Shown in pieces: positions 10,585 to 20,366 of a stretch of DNA of 64,000 nt (position 1 is its first letter; every line of letters begins with the position of its first letter). The translations under genes and the position numbers were made by a program. The DNA is from Armatimonadota bacterium (lineage in GTDB: Bacteria > Armatimonadota > Fimbriimonadia > Fimbriimonadales > GBS-DC), in the NCBI GenBank assembly GCA_037445735.1, contig JBBIJY010000001.1, positions 133,987 through 197,986 of the forward strand. The letters are read 5' to 3'. The notes under the pieces were generated by a model. That model was not told the origin of the DNA and ran no database searches. It worked only from the letters and a program-made list of their open reading frames with translations.

Positions 10585-11433
10585 TTATGTAGCTCCATTC
10601 ATTTTCTGAAGTTTCTCTATCAATCGCTGGCGATAGCGGACAGGGCGGTTCTTAACCAGCTCACTTCGCGGTGTGCGTGGCTTAAAGAACACCAGTACGT
10701 ACGAATGCACATTCATTGCCTGATATGGTTTGGCGCCGAAGGGACGGAAACCTCCCGATCGATAGTAGCGCCAGACATAGAGGTCAAATAGCTCAAAGCC
10801 GCGCTCCTGCATGAGCATAATCACATCCGCATGGAGCGGCAAGATAAGGCGGCTACGAGCAATCCGATAATCTGCCACAAAGATTGCTACATACCGCTCA
10901 GGCTTCAACACCCGTTTTATTTCATCGAAGGCGTTCCCCAGCTCCACAAGAAACTTACTGTAATCCGCTATTGTGCTGAGGTCATTCGTTAAATCTGAAT
11001 AGCGTATCATGTCCGCGTAGGGAATATCGGTGATGATAGCGTCTGCACACTCCGATTTGAGCGGGAGAGACCTTGCATCAGCTTGAATGAGCACCTGAGA
11101 ATCTATGTCAGGTGGTTCGCTGAAGAGCGAACCGACCATCGCGTTTAATTTTTTCCGAGCGACGCAAAGTGCCTGCGGGTTGATATCGATACTGATTGAG
11201 CGACGATGCTGAAGAGCGCACTCAACAGCAACAGTACCTCCGCCTGCGAAGGGATCAACAATCAGCTCGTGAGGCTGGCTGAGGCGTTCCACAAATGCCC
11301 CCATCACCTGGGGCAAGATTTTGGTGGGGTAGTCAGCGACATTGTGTGGAAAGGGCACGCTTGCCTCGCGCCCCAGGTCAATCACCGACTTATAGCCCAC
11401 AGTACCGATCTCCAGTTCGTGCGCTTTCAACAT
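10585..11433 (-). CDS. Amino (N4C/N6A) DNA methyltransferase
   Basis: DPFAGGGT (motif I), DARSLP, ITDIPY (motif IV variant), EIKRVLKP. Confidence 0.85.
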   Translation of the reverse strand: MLKAHELEIGTVGYKSVIDLGREASVPFPHNVADYPTKILPQVMGAFVERLSQPHELIVDPFAGGGTVAVECALQHRRSISIDINPQALCVARKKLNAMVGSLFSEPPDIDSQVLIQADARSLPLKSECADAIITDIPYADMIRYSDLTNDLSTIADYSKFLVELGNAFDEIKRVLKPERYVAIFVADYRIARSRLILPLHADVIMLMQERGFELFDLYVWRYYRSGGFRPFGAKPYQAMNVHSYVLVFFKPRTPRSELVKNRPVRYRQRLIEKLQKMNGAT

Positions 11434-11457
11434 ATCTTTATAGAGGATACCCGATGG

Positions 11458-13572
11458 CTACTCTTCTACCACTTTTGTGAAGTCCGCCAGTGCGAGGTAG
11501 AGGCGGTTGGCACAGGCGAGCAGATTGAGGCGATTGCGACGCAACGCCTCGTCCTCCGCCATCACCAGCACATGGTCAAACAGCTTGTTCACCGGCTCGT
11601 CCAGCTGCTCCTGCAGAAGGGCGTAGAGCGTGCCGTAGTCATGTCGGTAGGCGAGCGCCTCAAACTGCGGGGTCAGCGACTGCAGCACGGCGTAGAGGCG
11701 CGATTCGACCTCATGCTCAAACAGGGCGGGGTCCACCTCGTTCAGGCTGGCAACCGCGTTGATGTTTTTCTTGCGGGCGGCGGCGATGATATTGGCAGGG
11801 CGCGTCGCGGTCAGCACCAGCGCGCGGAAGCCCGGCTCATCCTGATGCGCTTGAAGCAGTCGCGCTCGCTGAACGAAGCCGTACACCGAATCGTCCCAGC
11901 CGCCGCCCAGCGCCGCGCGAATCAAATCGTACCGAACGCCCTGCTCCTCTAACAGCGCCTCCAGTCGGCTATAGAACAGGGTGCGCAGGTCGGCCTGCAC
12001 GGCGGGCAGCGGCTTGAGCGCGACGCCGCCCGCGCGGTACTCATCGTGCGCCACCTGCACCAGCTCCGACAGCGTGGGGTAATCGGGTTCCTCCGCGAGG
12101 ATTTCCACCACACCTGCCGCCGCGCGGCGCAGTCCGAACGGGTCCGAGGAGCCTTTGGGCAGGTAGCCCAGCCCCACATAGCCGACCAGTGTATCGATGC
12201 GATCCAGCACGGCGAGCGCGCGTCCAGCGGGCGTGCGAGGCGGTTCGTCGTCGGCGGTGCGCGGCTGATAATGCTCGGCGATGGCTCGCGCCACGCACAG
12301 CGGCTCGCCCGACCGAACCGCGTACTCCTCGCCGATAATCCCCTGCAGGTCAGGAAACTCCATCACCATCTGGGTGGCGAGGTCGGCTTTGCACAGGAAA
12401 GCGGCTCGCAGCAGGCATTCGCGCGTCGGCTGATCCCAGTCGAGTGCGCGCGCCAGCCGCTCCGCCAGTCGCTGGAGACGGCGCGTCTTATCCGCCAGCG
12501 TGCCCAGCTTCTGCTGGAACAGCATCCGCTCCAGCCCCTGCACGAACGCCTCCAGCGGCTGCTTCAAATCCTCCTCAAAGAAGAAGCTCGCATCGTTGAA
12601 GCGGGCAATCAGCACCCACTCGTTGCCCTCGCGCACATGGTCTGGCTTGCCGTTGTTATAAACTGAGACGAAGCCGGGCAACAGGTTGCCCTCGGCGTTC
12701 ACCAGCGGGAAAAACTTCTCGTGCTTCTTCATCGCGGAAATCAGCACGGGCGCGGGCAGGCGCAAAAAGGTTTCGGGAAAGGCGCCACGCAGAAGATGGG
12801 GATACTCCACCAGGAAGGTGTTCTCTTCCAGCAGGTCATCACTGAGGAGCGGCTGGGCGTCCACCTCACGGGCAAGCCGAACGGCTTCCTCCTGGATGAA
12901 AGCTCTGCGCTCCTCCGGGTCTGCCATCACCCACGCCTCGCGCAGCTGCTGGAGAAAGGTTTCGGGCGAGCGCACTTCGAACGGTTCTGGCGCCCTGAAT
13001 CGATGCCCGCGGCTGAATCGTCCCGATGGGATACCGTCCAGCTCGAACTCGATCGCCTGCTCGCCCAGCAGGGCGACGATCCAGCGGATGGGTCGCCCGA
13101 AGCGCAGTTTGTGCGTGCCCCAGCGCAGGGTTTTGGGGAAGCTCATCTCGCGGATGAGCGCGGGCAGGGCGTTCGCCAGCACCGTAACGGCGGGCTGACC
13201 CTCGTCGCGCTTGTGCACGACGGCGTATTCGCCCTGTGGCGTCTCCACAAACTGCACCTGATCAGGCTCCACACCCTGCGAGCGGGCGAAGCCGAGCAGC
13301 GCCTGCGTGGGTTTGCCCTCCGCATCGAAGCATGCTCGCCTGGCGGGGCCGCGCACTACGCGCTCTTCAGGCGTCTGATGGGTTGCCACCGAATCGGCGA
13401 GTGCGATCAGGCGGCGGGGCGTGCCATAAACGCGCACGGTTTCAAATGGCAGGCGCGAGTCGCGCAGGCTCTCTTCCAGCCGCGCTCTCAGCTGCTCCAG
13501 CGCACCGCGCATGAACGCCGCGGGTATCTCCTCACAGCCAATCTCCAGCAACAGCGACGCAGTTGTACTCAT
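11458..13572 (-). CDS. glyS: Glycine-tRNA ligase beta subunit
   Basis: LLLEIGCEEIP, TPRRL, FGRPIRW, MVMEFPDLQG, GSSDPFGLRR, RRNRL. Confidence 0.97.
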   Translation of the reverse strand: MSTTASLLLEIGCEEIPAAFMRGALEQLRARLEESLRDSRLPFETVRVYGTPRRLIALADSVATHQTPEERVVRGPARRACFDAEGKPTQALLGFARSQGVEPDQVQFVETPQGEYAVVHKRDEGQPAVTVLANALPALIREMSFPKTLRWGTHKLRFGRPIRWIVALLGEQAIEFELDGIPSGRFSRGHRFRAPEPFEVRSPETFLQQLREAWVMADPEERRAFIQEEAVRLAREVDAQPLLSDDLLEENTFLVEYPHLLRGAFPETFLRLPAPVLISAMKKHEKFFPLVNAEGNLLPGFVSVYNNGKPDHVREGNEWVLIARFNDASFFFEEDLKQPLEAFVQGLERMLFQQKLGTLADKTRRLQRLAERLARALDWDQPTRECLLRAAFLCKADLATQMVMEFPDLQGIIGEEYAVRSGEPLCVARAIAEHYQPRTADDEPPRTPAGRALAVLDRIDTLVGYVGLGYLPKGSSDPFGLRRAAAGVVEILAEEPDYPTLSELVQVAHDEYRAGGVALKPLPAVQADLRTLFYSRLEALLEEQGVRYDLIRAALGGGWDDSVYGFVQRARLLQAHQDEPGFRALVLTATRPANIIAAARKKNINAVASLNEVDPALFEHEVESRLYAVLQSLTPQFEALAYRHDYGTLYALLQEQLDEPVNKLFDHVLVMAEDEALRRNRLNLLACANRLYLALADFTKVVEE

Positions 13573-13650
13573 CGCCCGCATTATACCCCTGCCGCCAGCA
13601 AGCAGGAAAGCACCCACCATGGGTGGTATCCTTATTTACAGGCGTCGCTT

Positions 13651-14175
13651 ATGGACACAGAGCAAAAGGTCAGCGAAGCGGTTGAGAGCGGCGAAGGTAG
13701 CAACCTGAAACCGCCGCAGCTGCCGATTGGTATAGAGCTACTGGGCGGTGCAATCCTTTTTCTCTGCTCGGTCGGGTTGCTGGATGTGCTGGGGCTGTGG
13801 CGCGGGCGATGGCTCGACGCGGTCCCTATCATGGCGCTGGGTGCCCTCTGGCTGATCGCGCTGCTCCAGCGCTATACCGAGCGCCCTTACCACCTCATGT
13901 ATCCCCAGCTACTTAACCCGCCAGCAGAATGGCTTGGATATCCTGCCCCCGAATGGGTGCGATTGCCGCGTGGCACGCCGTCCATGCTGGCAGGCTGGCT
14001 GACTATCGGTGTCTGCACCTTCCTCTTCATAGTGGGTATTGGTGCGCTCTTCCATTGGGGCACGAATTACAAATTCCATGCGCTCATCATCTCGCTTCAC
14101 ACCCCGCTTGTCCACTTCATGTTCGATCGCTGGATTACAAAGGGTTCCCTGCATGCTGAGGAAGTAAACGCTTGA
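13651..14175 (+). CDS. Hypothetical membrane protein
   Basis: Fills the gap between glyS and the deacetylase; several hydrophobic segments. Confidence 0.55.
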   Translation: MDTEQKVSEAVESGEGSNLKPPQLPIGIELLGGAILFLCSVGLLDVLGLWRGRWLDAVPIMALGALWLIALLQRYTERPYHLMYPQLLNPPAEWLGYPAPEWVRLPRGTPSMLAGWLTIGVCTFLFIVGIGALFHWGTNYKFHALIISLHTPLVHFMFDRWITKGSLHAEEVNA

Positions 14176-14200
14176 GGTATAGTTCTATCGTAACCCTACT

Positions 14201-14842
14201 GTGCGGAGGGAGCGGGCAGTGAGTCTGAGTTTGGACAAGATTATGCGGGGGAACCCCTATCTGCGGGCGGTGGCACTCACTTTTGACGACGGTCCCCATC
14301 TGAACCGCACGCCACGCCTGTTGCGCATTCTGGAGCAGCAGCGCGTGCAGGCAACTTTCTTCGTGGTGGGTAAGCAGGCGCTCAAGTTCCCCCATCTGGT
14401 GCGTGCCATCCATGATGCAGGGCACACGCTGGGCAATCACAGCTTTACCCATCGTCGCCTGATTTCCTTGCCGCCTGCCATCGTGCGAGCGGAGTGGCGA
14501 CTGTGCAACCGCGCAGTTGAGCTGATTACGGGCTACCGAATGCGTTTTTGTCGTCCGCCGGGCGGCGATTGCAATCGCAAGGTGATTGAGATGGCGCGGG
14601 CGGAAGGGCTAACGACGGTGCTATGGACCGTTGCGCCCAAAGATTACCGCACGCCGCAGGGCGCGCTGATCGAGGCGCGCGTGCTGGAGCGCGTGGTCAA
14701 CGGCGCGATTATCCTTTTGCACGATGGCATTCTGCCGATGCTGGAGGTATTACCCCGTATGCTGATCAAGCTGCGGGCACGCGGGTATGAGTTCTACACG
14801 ATGGAACAGGTCGAAGCCAGCCTCTATCTGCTGTTGTTGTGA
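14201..14842 (+). CDS. Polysaccharide deacetylase (NodB/CE4)
   Basis: ALTFDDGP, GNHSFTH, RPPGG, IILLHDG. Confidence 0.92.
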   Translation: MRRERAVSLSLDKIMRGNPYLRAVALTFDDGPHLNRTPRLLRILEQQRVQATFFVVGKQALKFPHLVRAIHDAGHTLGNHSFTHRRLISLPPAIVRAEWRLCNRAVELITGYRMRFCRPPGGDCNRKVIEMARAEGLTTVLWTVAPKDYRTPQGALIEARVLERVVNGAIILLHDGILPMLEVLPRMLIKLRARGYEFYTMEQVEASLYLLLL

Positions 14843-14848
14843 GCGGTT

Positions 14849-17800
14849 TCAATCGAGAGCGGGTTTCTGGGTGGACGCGGGCGTGACGGTCACGGTGCCG
14901 TGCCGTCGCAATTTGCCCCAGCTCTGGCGTGTGCCCGCAATGGCAGCGGCAATCGCACGCCACATCACCAGATGCAGCAGCCATCGATACGCCAGTCGCT
15001 GCCAGAACAGCCAGATCAGCAGGCGGCGTGGCTCCCGATCCAGCCCGAACGCCAGCCACGCCATCAGCAATTCCAGGCAGTAAAACAGGCTGTAGAACAG
15101 TCCGACGCGCCCCAGCGCCGCCATCCAGTCCGCTGGCGGCGCCCAGTGGTGCAGCACCAGCCCCGCCTGCAGCCAGCCAATAGACCCATAGCCCAGCAGC
15201 CAGAACAGCTTAAGGTCAATAAAGGGTGCCACCAGCTGAAACAGCACCTGAAACAGGATTACCGAAGGCAGCAGCCACCAGCCGAACCATGCATAGCGCC
15301 CCAGTGCCCGCCGATGCTTCCACAGGCACTGCAGGGTTCCGAAGCTCCATCGGAACCGCTGGCGCAGGAAGGCGCGGAGCGTGGTCGGCGCTTCGGTATA
15401 GGCGTGTGCCAGCGGCTCATGCTCAATGCGCCAGCCCGCCATGCGCAGCCGCCAGGTCAGATCCATATCTTCAGCCAGCGTGTCGGTCTCATAGCCGCCT
15501 GCACCCTGCACTGCCTGACGCCGCCACGCGCCCAGCGCGCCCGGCACCACCAGCACCGCGTTCAGCAGGGCGCCAGCACGCCGCTCCGCGTTCTGGCTGG
15601 TGATATACTCGATGGCTTGCCAGATCGTGAGCAGATTCTGGCGGTTGCCCACCTTAATATTGCCCGCAACCGCACCCACCTGCGGGTCCGCAAAGTGTGC
15701 CACGAGGCGCCGAATCGCATCGGGGGCAACCTGCGTGTCGGCATCGATGCAGACCACGATTTCGCCGTGCGCATGCTGAAGAGCGCGATTGAGCGCGGCG
15801 CCTTTACCCATGTTGGGCTGACCGATTAGCCTGACGCGCGGGTCGTCGCCAAACCGTTGCTGAACAACCTGCGCCGTGCCATCCTGCGAACCGTCGTCCA
15901 CCACTACCACTTCCAGTGCAGGATAATCACTATGGAGTACGGTCTCGATGGTGCGGGCGATGACAGGCTCCTCATTGTAGGCAGCAATCAACACGCTTAC
16001 GAGAGGCGGCTCGACGGGCAGACCAGGCGCCGTCAGCACGCGCCGACGCGCCTCCCACACCGCCAGCGGCACCACCCACAGCAACCGCCCCACACCCAGA
16101 ATCAGACTCACATACAGCAGCACAATCAGCGCATTTTGCCACCAGAACATCAGGGTGAACACGAGGGCATCTGCGCCCGCCAGCACGCGCTCCTTACCCG
16201 TGAGCGGCGGCATCACCTGCTCGCGGGAGACGCCCATCAACGCCGACACAGGCACAAACCGATAGCCCCGCCGCTGCAACTCGGGAATGAGAATCTGCAG
16301 CGCTTCCACTGTTGCCGAACGGTCGCCACCACCATCATGCAGCAGGATCACATTGCCCTGACGACTGTCAAGCTGGTTCAGCACATCCTGCGCTATGTCC
16401 GCCCCAGTGCGCCGATGCAGATGTCCCGCACCGTCCGCCCATTCCGTTTGCCAGTCGATGGGGTCGATCAGTTCGCCGATGGTGAGATAGCCCATGCGGG
16501 TGGCGATAAGAATAGGACGCACTTCGGCAGCGGTGCTGGGTTCTGCATCGGCATCATAGGGTGGTCGGAACAGGCGCGTGGCGCGTCCCAGCAGGCTCTG
16601 CAGGAGGCGTTGCGTCGCGTTCAATTCCAGCTCCGCCCGCCACTCCGATATTGCGCTCATGTTCGGATGGCTGAAGGTATGATTGCCGATTTCGTGCCCC
16701 TGCTGCCACATGCGGCGAATCAGCTCAGGATACCGCTCCGCGTTCAGTCCGATCACGAAGAAGGTCGCAGGCACATGATAGCGGCGCAGCAGATTCAGGA
16801 TCAGGGGCGTGTAGCGCGGGTCAGGTCCGTCATCAAAGGTGAGCGCCACCGTGTGCGGATGGTAGCCCCATCGCTCTATCAGGTAAGGCGAGGGATAGCG
16901 CTGATAGACCACATCGGTGCAGAGCTGCGTGCGCGCATCGATCTCCAGCGTGCGTTCACCTTTCGCCGGTGCAGAACGCAGCTGCAATATCTCCCCTTCA
17001 CCATCGAACTCAATATCAAACGGGTAATGAATTTCGCGCAGGGTGCGGGCGTCAGGAGTCATCAAGTGCTGGCGATCCAGCAGGTTCCACACGGTGGGGT
17101 CTTCCAGCCCCAGCACCCACAGGCTCACGCCGCGCACGCCGTAGCGCCGCGCAACCTGCCACTGATTGTAAAAGGAGATGGCATCCAGCAGCCACACCTC
17201 ATGTTCGTGTCCCGCTTCATCGAGGTACTCAAAGGTGGTGTTGAGCGCGACAGGGTCGAAGTCGACCACTTTCTGGGGTGGTTCATCAGGGCGGTTGTCG
17301 CGGGCCCGCGAGAGTGCCTGCGTGAAGGACAACACTTCGGCGTCGCGCCGACCACGCTGCCAGTCATAGGCATAGTTCGCGAATCCGGCCACCACCTTCT
17401 GCGCAGGCACCTGCGTGAGCACCTGCCGCAGCAACCGATCTGTCCAGCCAATCGACGCGATGGCACCTGGCTCGCCTGACTGGTAATGCTCGTCATAGAG
17501 CATCAGCACGATGAAGTCGCTGCTTTCTGCCAGCGCACGCACAACAGAAACGGGCATCTGCGCCTCCACATCGACGCTGACCTGCAGGTGCGCCGGCGCC
17601 AGCACGCGACGCAGTCGGCGCACGAATGCCACCAGGTGCGGGTAGTCGGCAGGCGACAGCGACTCAAAATCCACATTCACGCCCTGAAAACGATTGGCAA
17701 GCAGCCAGTGGCACAGCGATTGAGCGATGCGCCACTGGGAAGCAGGCGATTGCAGCAGTCGATGGGCACGCTGCGCGTCGAAGCCATTCGTGCCCGCGTT

Positions 17801-18373
17801 GCTGAACACAGGATGAATCTGCAAGCCGGCGCGGTGGGCAATCGCCAGCACCTGCTGGTTGAGGGGCGCCAGCTTGATCGATGCGGGGCGCGTGTCCAGC
17901 TGTTGACCGTCAGGGGTCAGATTCAGCCACACCGGGAACAGATGGGTCAGATGGCTGGCGTTCGCCCGCAGCGTATGCAAGCCCACCTCCTGCCAGGGCG
18001 CGTAGAAGGCTGCCACAATCGGCGCTGCAGAGGCTGACGAACGATGAGGGCGGTCACCATCCTCATGTTGACCCTGCTGGTTGCCCTGCTGTTCGACCTG
18101 AATAGCTTGCCGCTCGTGCTGAATGGCGCGGAGCAGCTGGGCGCGAGCGCGACGATAGAGGTAACGCCGTAGCGCCACACTGCGTGCCACTGGGCGCGGC
18201 AACAACGAACGGTCGCTCCAGCCCTGCCGCCATTGCGGAATGAGCGCGGGCAGCAGCAAACTCAGCACGAAAGCCGTGCCCAGCACGCCCATCAGCGCAA
18301 GCAGCACACCGCTCGCCATCTGCACCCGGCGGCGACGCCTGCCCGATGGGTCAACAAAAATCGCGCGCTGCAT
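14849..18373 (-). CDS. Multidomain GH18-like + CE4 deacetylase + GT2 glycosyltransferase
   Basis: GVNVDFE and MLYDEH (GH18-like); LTFDDGP/GNHTFSH/LLHDGGG (CE4); AYNE, DDGS, DADT, AEDMD, QRFRW (processive GT2). Confidence 0.9.
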   Translation of the reverse strand: MQRAIFVDPSGRRRRRVQMASGVLLALMGVLGTAFVLSLLLPALIPQWRQGWSDRSLLPRPVARSVALRRYLYRRARAQLLRAIQHERQAIQVEQQGNQQGQHEDGDRPHRSSASAAPIVAAFYAPWQEVGLHTLRANASHLTHLFPVWLNLTPDGQQLDTRPASIKLAPLNQQVLAIAHRAGLQIHPVFSNAGTNGFDAQRAHRLLQSPASQWRIAQSLCHWLLANRFQGVNVDFESLSPADYPHLVAFVRRLRRVLAPAHLQVSVDVEAQMPVSVVRALAESSDFIVLMLYDEHYQSGEPGAIASIGWTDRLLRQVLTQVPAQKVVAGFANYAYDWQRGRRDAEVLSFTQALSRARDNRPDEPPQKVVDFDPVALNTTFEYLDEAGHEHEVWLLDAISFYNQWQVARRYGVRGVSLWVLGLEDPTVWNLLDRQHLMTPDARTLREIHYPFDIEFDGEGEILQLRSAPAKGERTLEIDARTQLCTDVVYQRYPSPYLIERWGYHPHTVALTFDDGPDPRYTPLILNLLRRYHVPATFFVIGLNAERYPELIRRMWQQGHEIGNHTFSHPNMSAISEWRAELELNATQRLLQSLLGRATRLFRPPYDADAEPSTAAEVRPILIATRMGYLTIGELIDPIDWQTEWADGAGHLHRRTGADIAQDVLNQLDSRQGNVILLHDGGGDRSATVEALQILIPELQRRGYRFVPVSALMGVSREQVMPPLTGKERVLAGADALVFTLMFWWQNALIVLLYVSLILGVGRLLWVVPLAVWEARRRVLTAPGLPVEPPLVSVLIAAYNEEPVIARTIETVLHSDYPALEVVVVDDGSQDGTAQVVQQRFGDDPRVRLIGQPNMGKGAALNRALQHAHGEIVVCIDADTQVAPDAIRRLVAHFADPQVGAVAGNIKVGNRQNLLTIWQAIEYITSQNAERRAGALLNAVLVVPGALGAWRRQAVQGAGGYETDTLAEDMDLTWRLRMAGWRIEHEPLAHAYTEAPTTLRAFLRQRFRWSFGTLQCLWKHRRALGRYAWFGWWLLPSVILFQVLFQLVAPFIDLKLFWLLGYGSIGWLQAGLVLHHWAPPADWMAALGRVGLFYSLFYCLELLMAWLAFGLDREPRRLLIWLFWQRLAYRWLLHLVMWRAIAAAIAGTRQSWGKLRRHGTVTVTPASTQKPALD

Positions 18374-18387
18374 CTGCCTGAAGGATA

Positions 18388-19545
18388 TTACTCCCCTTCA
18401 GCCCGCGCCAGTTCCTGCGGGTTCAGACCCTGCAGTTCAGGCAGCACGAACAGCCCATCCTTGCGCACCAGTCGCCCATCGAAATAGATTTCGCCGCCGC
18501 CATATTCGGCACGCTGAATCACCACCAGGTCCCAGTGCACCGACGAACGGTTGCCGTTGTCCGCTTCCTGATAGGCGTTGCCCGGTGTGAAGTGGAACGA
18601 ACCCGCAATCTTTTCATCGAAGAGGGTGTCGTTCATCGGGTAGAGGATGTAGGGGTTGAAGCCGAGCGACCATTCGCCGATGTAGCGGGCGCCCTCGTCG
18701 GTGTCCAGAATGGCGTTCAGCTTGCGCGGGTTGCCCGCGCCGGGGCGGTCGCCATCATCGGCGCAGGTCGCCTCCACAATCCTGCCCTGCCGCAGGCGGA
18801 ACCGAATATCGCGGTAGAGGTTGCCCTCGTACACGCTGCTGGTGTTGATGGTGATCTCGCCCTCCACCGAGTCGCGCACGGGACAGGTAAAGCATTCGCC
18901 ATCGGGGATGTTGCGCAAGCCGAAGCACGGCACGACGCCGATGCCCTCGATGGAGAAACGCAGATCGGTGCCCGGTCCCTTGATGTGAACCTCGCGCGTG
19001 CGCTCCATCAGCTCCACCAGCGGCTGAACTGCCCGCTCCATACGGGCATAGTCCAGCGTGCAGACCCGAAAGTAGAACTCCTCGAAGGCTTCGGTGCTCA
19101 TGTTCGCCGCCTGTGCCATGCCGACAGTGGGCCAGCGCAGCACGACCCATTTCGTTCGGGGCACGCGCACCTCCTGATGGACAGGTGTCCACCACAGCTG
19201 GCGCACCAGTTTCATCTTATCGGCGGGCACATCGGACATCTCAGCGAAGTTAGGCGTGCCGCGCAAGCCGATATAGCCCTGTACCTGCTCCATGCGGGCG
19301 CGCTCCAGCCCCGCGATGAAGCGAATCTGCTCCTCGCTGGCGTTCTGATAGAGCGCGCGCAGCACCGTGCTGCTCTTGAGCTCAACAATCGGCACGCCAC
19401 CTGCCTGTGCGATGGTGCGGGCGAGCAGCGCGACGAACTCCGGCGGCATATCGAACGCTTCAATCAGCACGCGCTCACCTGGCTGAACCCGCACCGAATG
19501 GAACACCAGCACATCCGCCAACCGTTGCCAGCGTGCGTCGATCAT
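18388..19545 (-). CDS. Aminopeptidase, M29 (AmpS/AmpT) family
   Basis: NIPDGECFT.P, D.GARYIGE, LFDEKI.GSFH..G.AY, N.SSVHWD. Confidence 0.92.
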   Translation of the reverse strand: MIDARWQRLADVLVFHSVRVQPGERVLIEAFDMPPEFVALLARTIAQAGGVPIVELKSSTVLRALYQNASEEQIRFIAGLERARMEQVQGYIGLRGTPNFAEMSDVPADKMKLVRQLWWTPVHQEVRVPRTKWVVLRWPTVGMAQAANMSTEAFEEFYFRVCTLDYARMERAVQPLVELMERTREVHIKGPGTDLRFSIEGIGVVPCFGLRNIPDGECFTCPVRDSVEGEITINTSSVYEGNLYRDIRFRLRQGRIVEATCADDGDRPGAGNPRKLNAILDTDEGARYIGEWSLGFNPYILYPMNDTLFDEKIAGSFHFTPGNAYQEADNGNRSSVHWDLVVIQRAEYGGGEIYFDGRLVRKDGLFVLPELQGLNPQELARAEGE

Positions 19546-20279
19546 AGCGTATACTCCGACACAATCTGGGTGAGTGTGGTGAAGCGGGCGTTATGCTTCT
19601 TGAGGAACAGAATGGTCTCGCGCAGTGTTTCGGTGCTGTCCTGATAGTCGTAGCCGCCGATACAGATTACAGGCGTCTGCGCCTCCAGATGATACTCCAG
19701 AATGGAGCGCACCACATCCCAACCCTGATCCAGATAGGCAATCCTGCCGTTTGCGGTGGCTATCGGCACCATCAAAATCTTCGCTTCGCCGGGGCGGCGC
19801 AGGTCTTCGTAAGAGGGGTGATAGGGGCGCGAGGGCGCACCGCGCCAGTCCACAAACATCCTGTAGTCGGCGTCAGGCACTGCGGACGAATCGACCAGAA
19901 TGCCCATATCCTCCAGATATTTCAGGTCGGGCGGGATCAGCGCGTAGCTGCCCGCGCGGAAGGCGGTCGGCTTCAGGTGCGCCTGCTTCAGCATATCCTT
20001 GCCCATCTGGATGAGTTCGCCACGCTCGCGCGGATCCTCCACATAGCGCCCATCCCTGTCCTCAAAATGCAGATGCAAACCGAACTCATGCCACGACGGG
20101 ATCCGATGCAGATACTCCCGATAATAGAGCTGCACATTGCCCATGGGGTCTTTGCCAGAGACCTGAATCATCCAGGTGATGGGGATGGTGAACTCTTCAG
20201 CCACTTTGATGTAGTCACGGGTGTAGCAGCGTGGGTAATCGGCTGCCTCACAATCCAGCGTTATCGCAACTGTCGGCAT
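19542..20279 (-). CDS. Hypothetical protein, polysaccharide-deacetylase-like fold
   Basis: ITLDCE, HEFGLHLH, FRAG, DSS motifs. Confidence 0.65.
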   Translation of the reverse strand: MPTVAITLDCEAADYPRCYTRDYIKVAEEFTIPITWMIQVSGKDPMGNVQLYYREYLHRIPSWHEFGLHLHFEDRDGRYVEDPRERGELIQMGKDMLKQAHLKPTAFRAGSYALIPPDLKYLEDMGILVDSSAVPDADYRMFVDWRGAPSRPYHPSYEDLRRPGEAKILMVPIATANGRIAYLDQGWDVVRSILEYHLEAQTPVICIGGYDYQDSTETLRETILFLKKHNARFTTLTQIVSEYTL

Positions 20280-20366
20280 AGCGCATCACTCTCCTCCGTT
20301 TTGGTTTTTGCTCCAGATACAGGTTTCGCTCCTCGCCGATTCGATTCCTGCTTCCGCACTCAGAAT

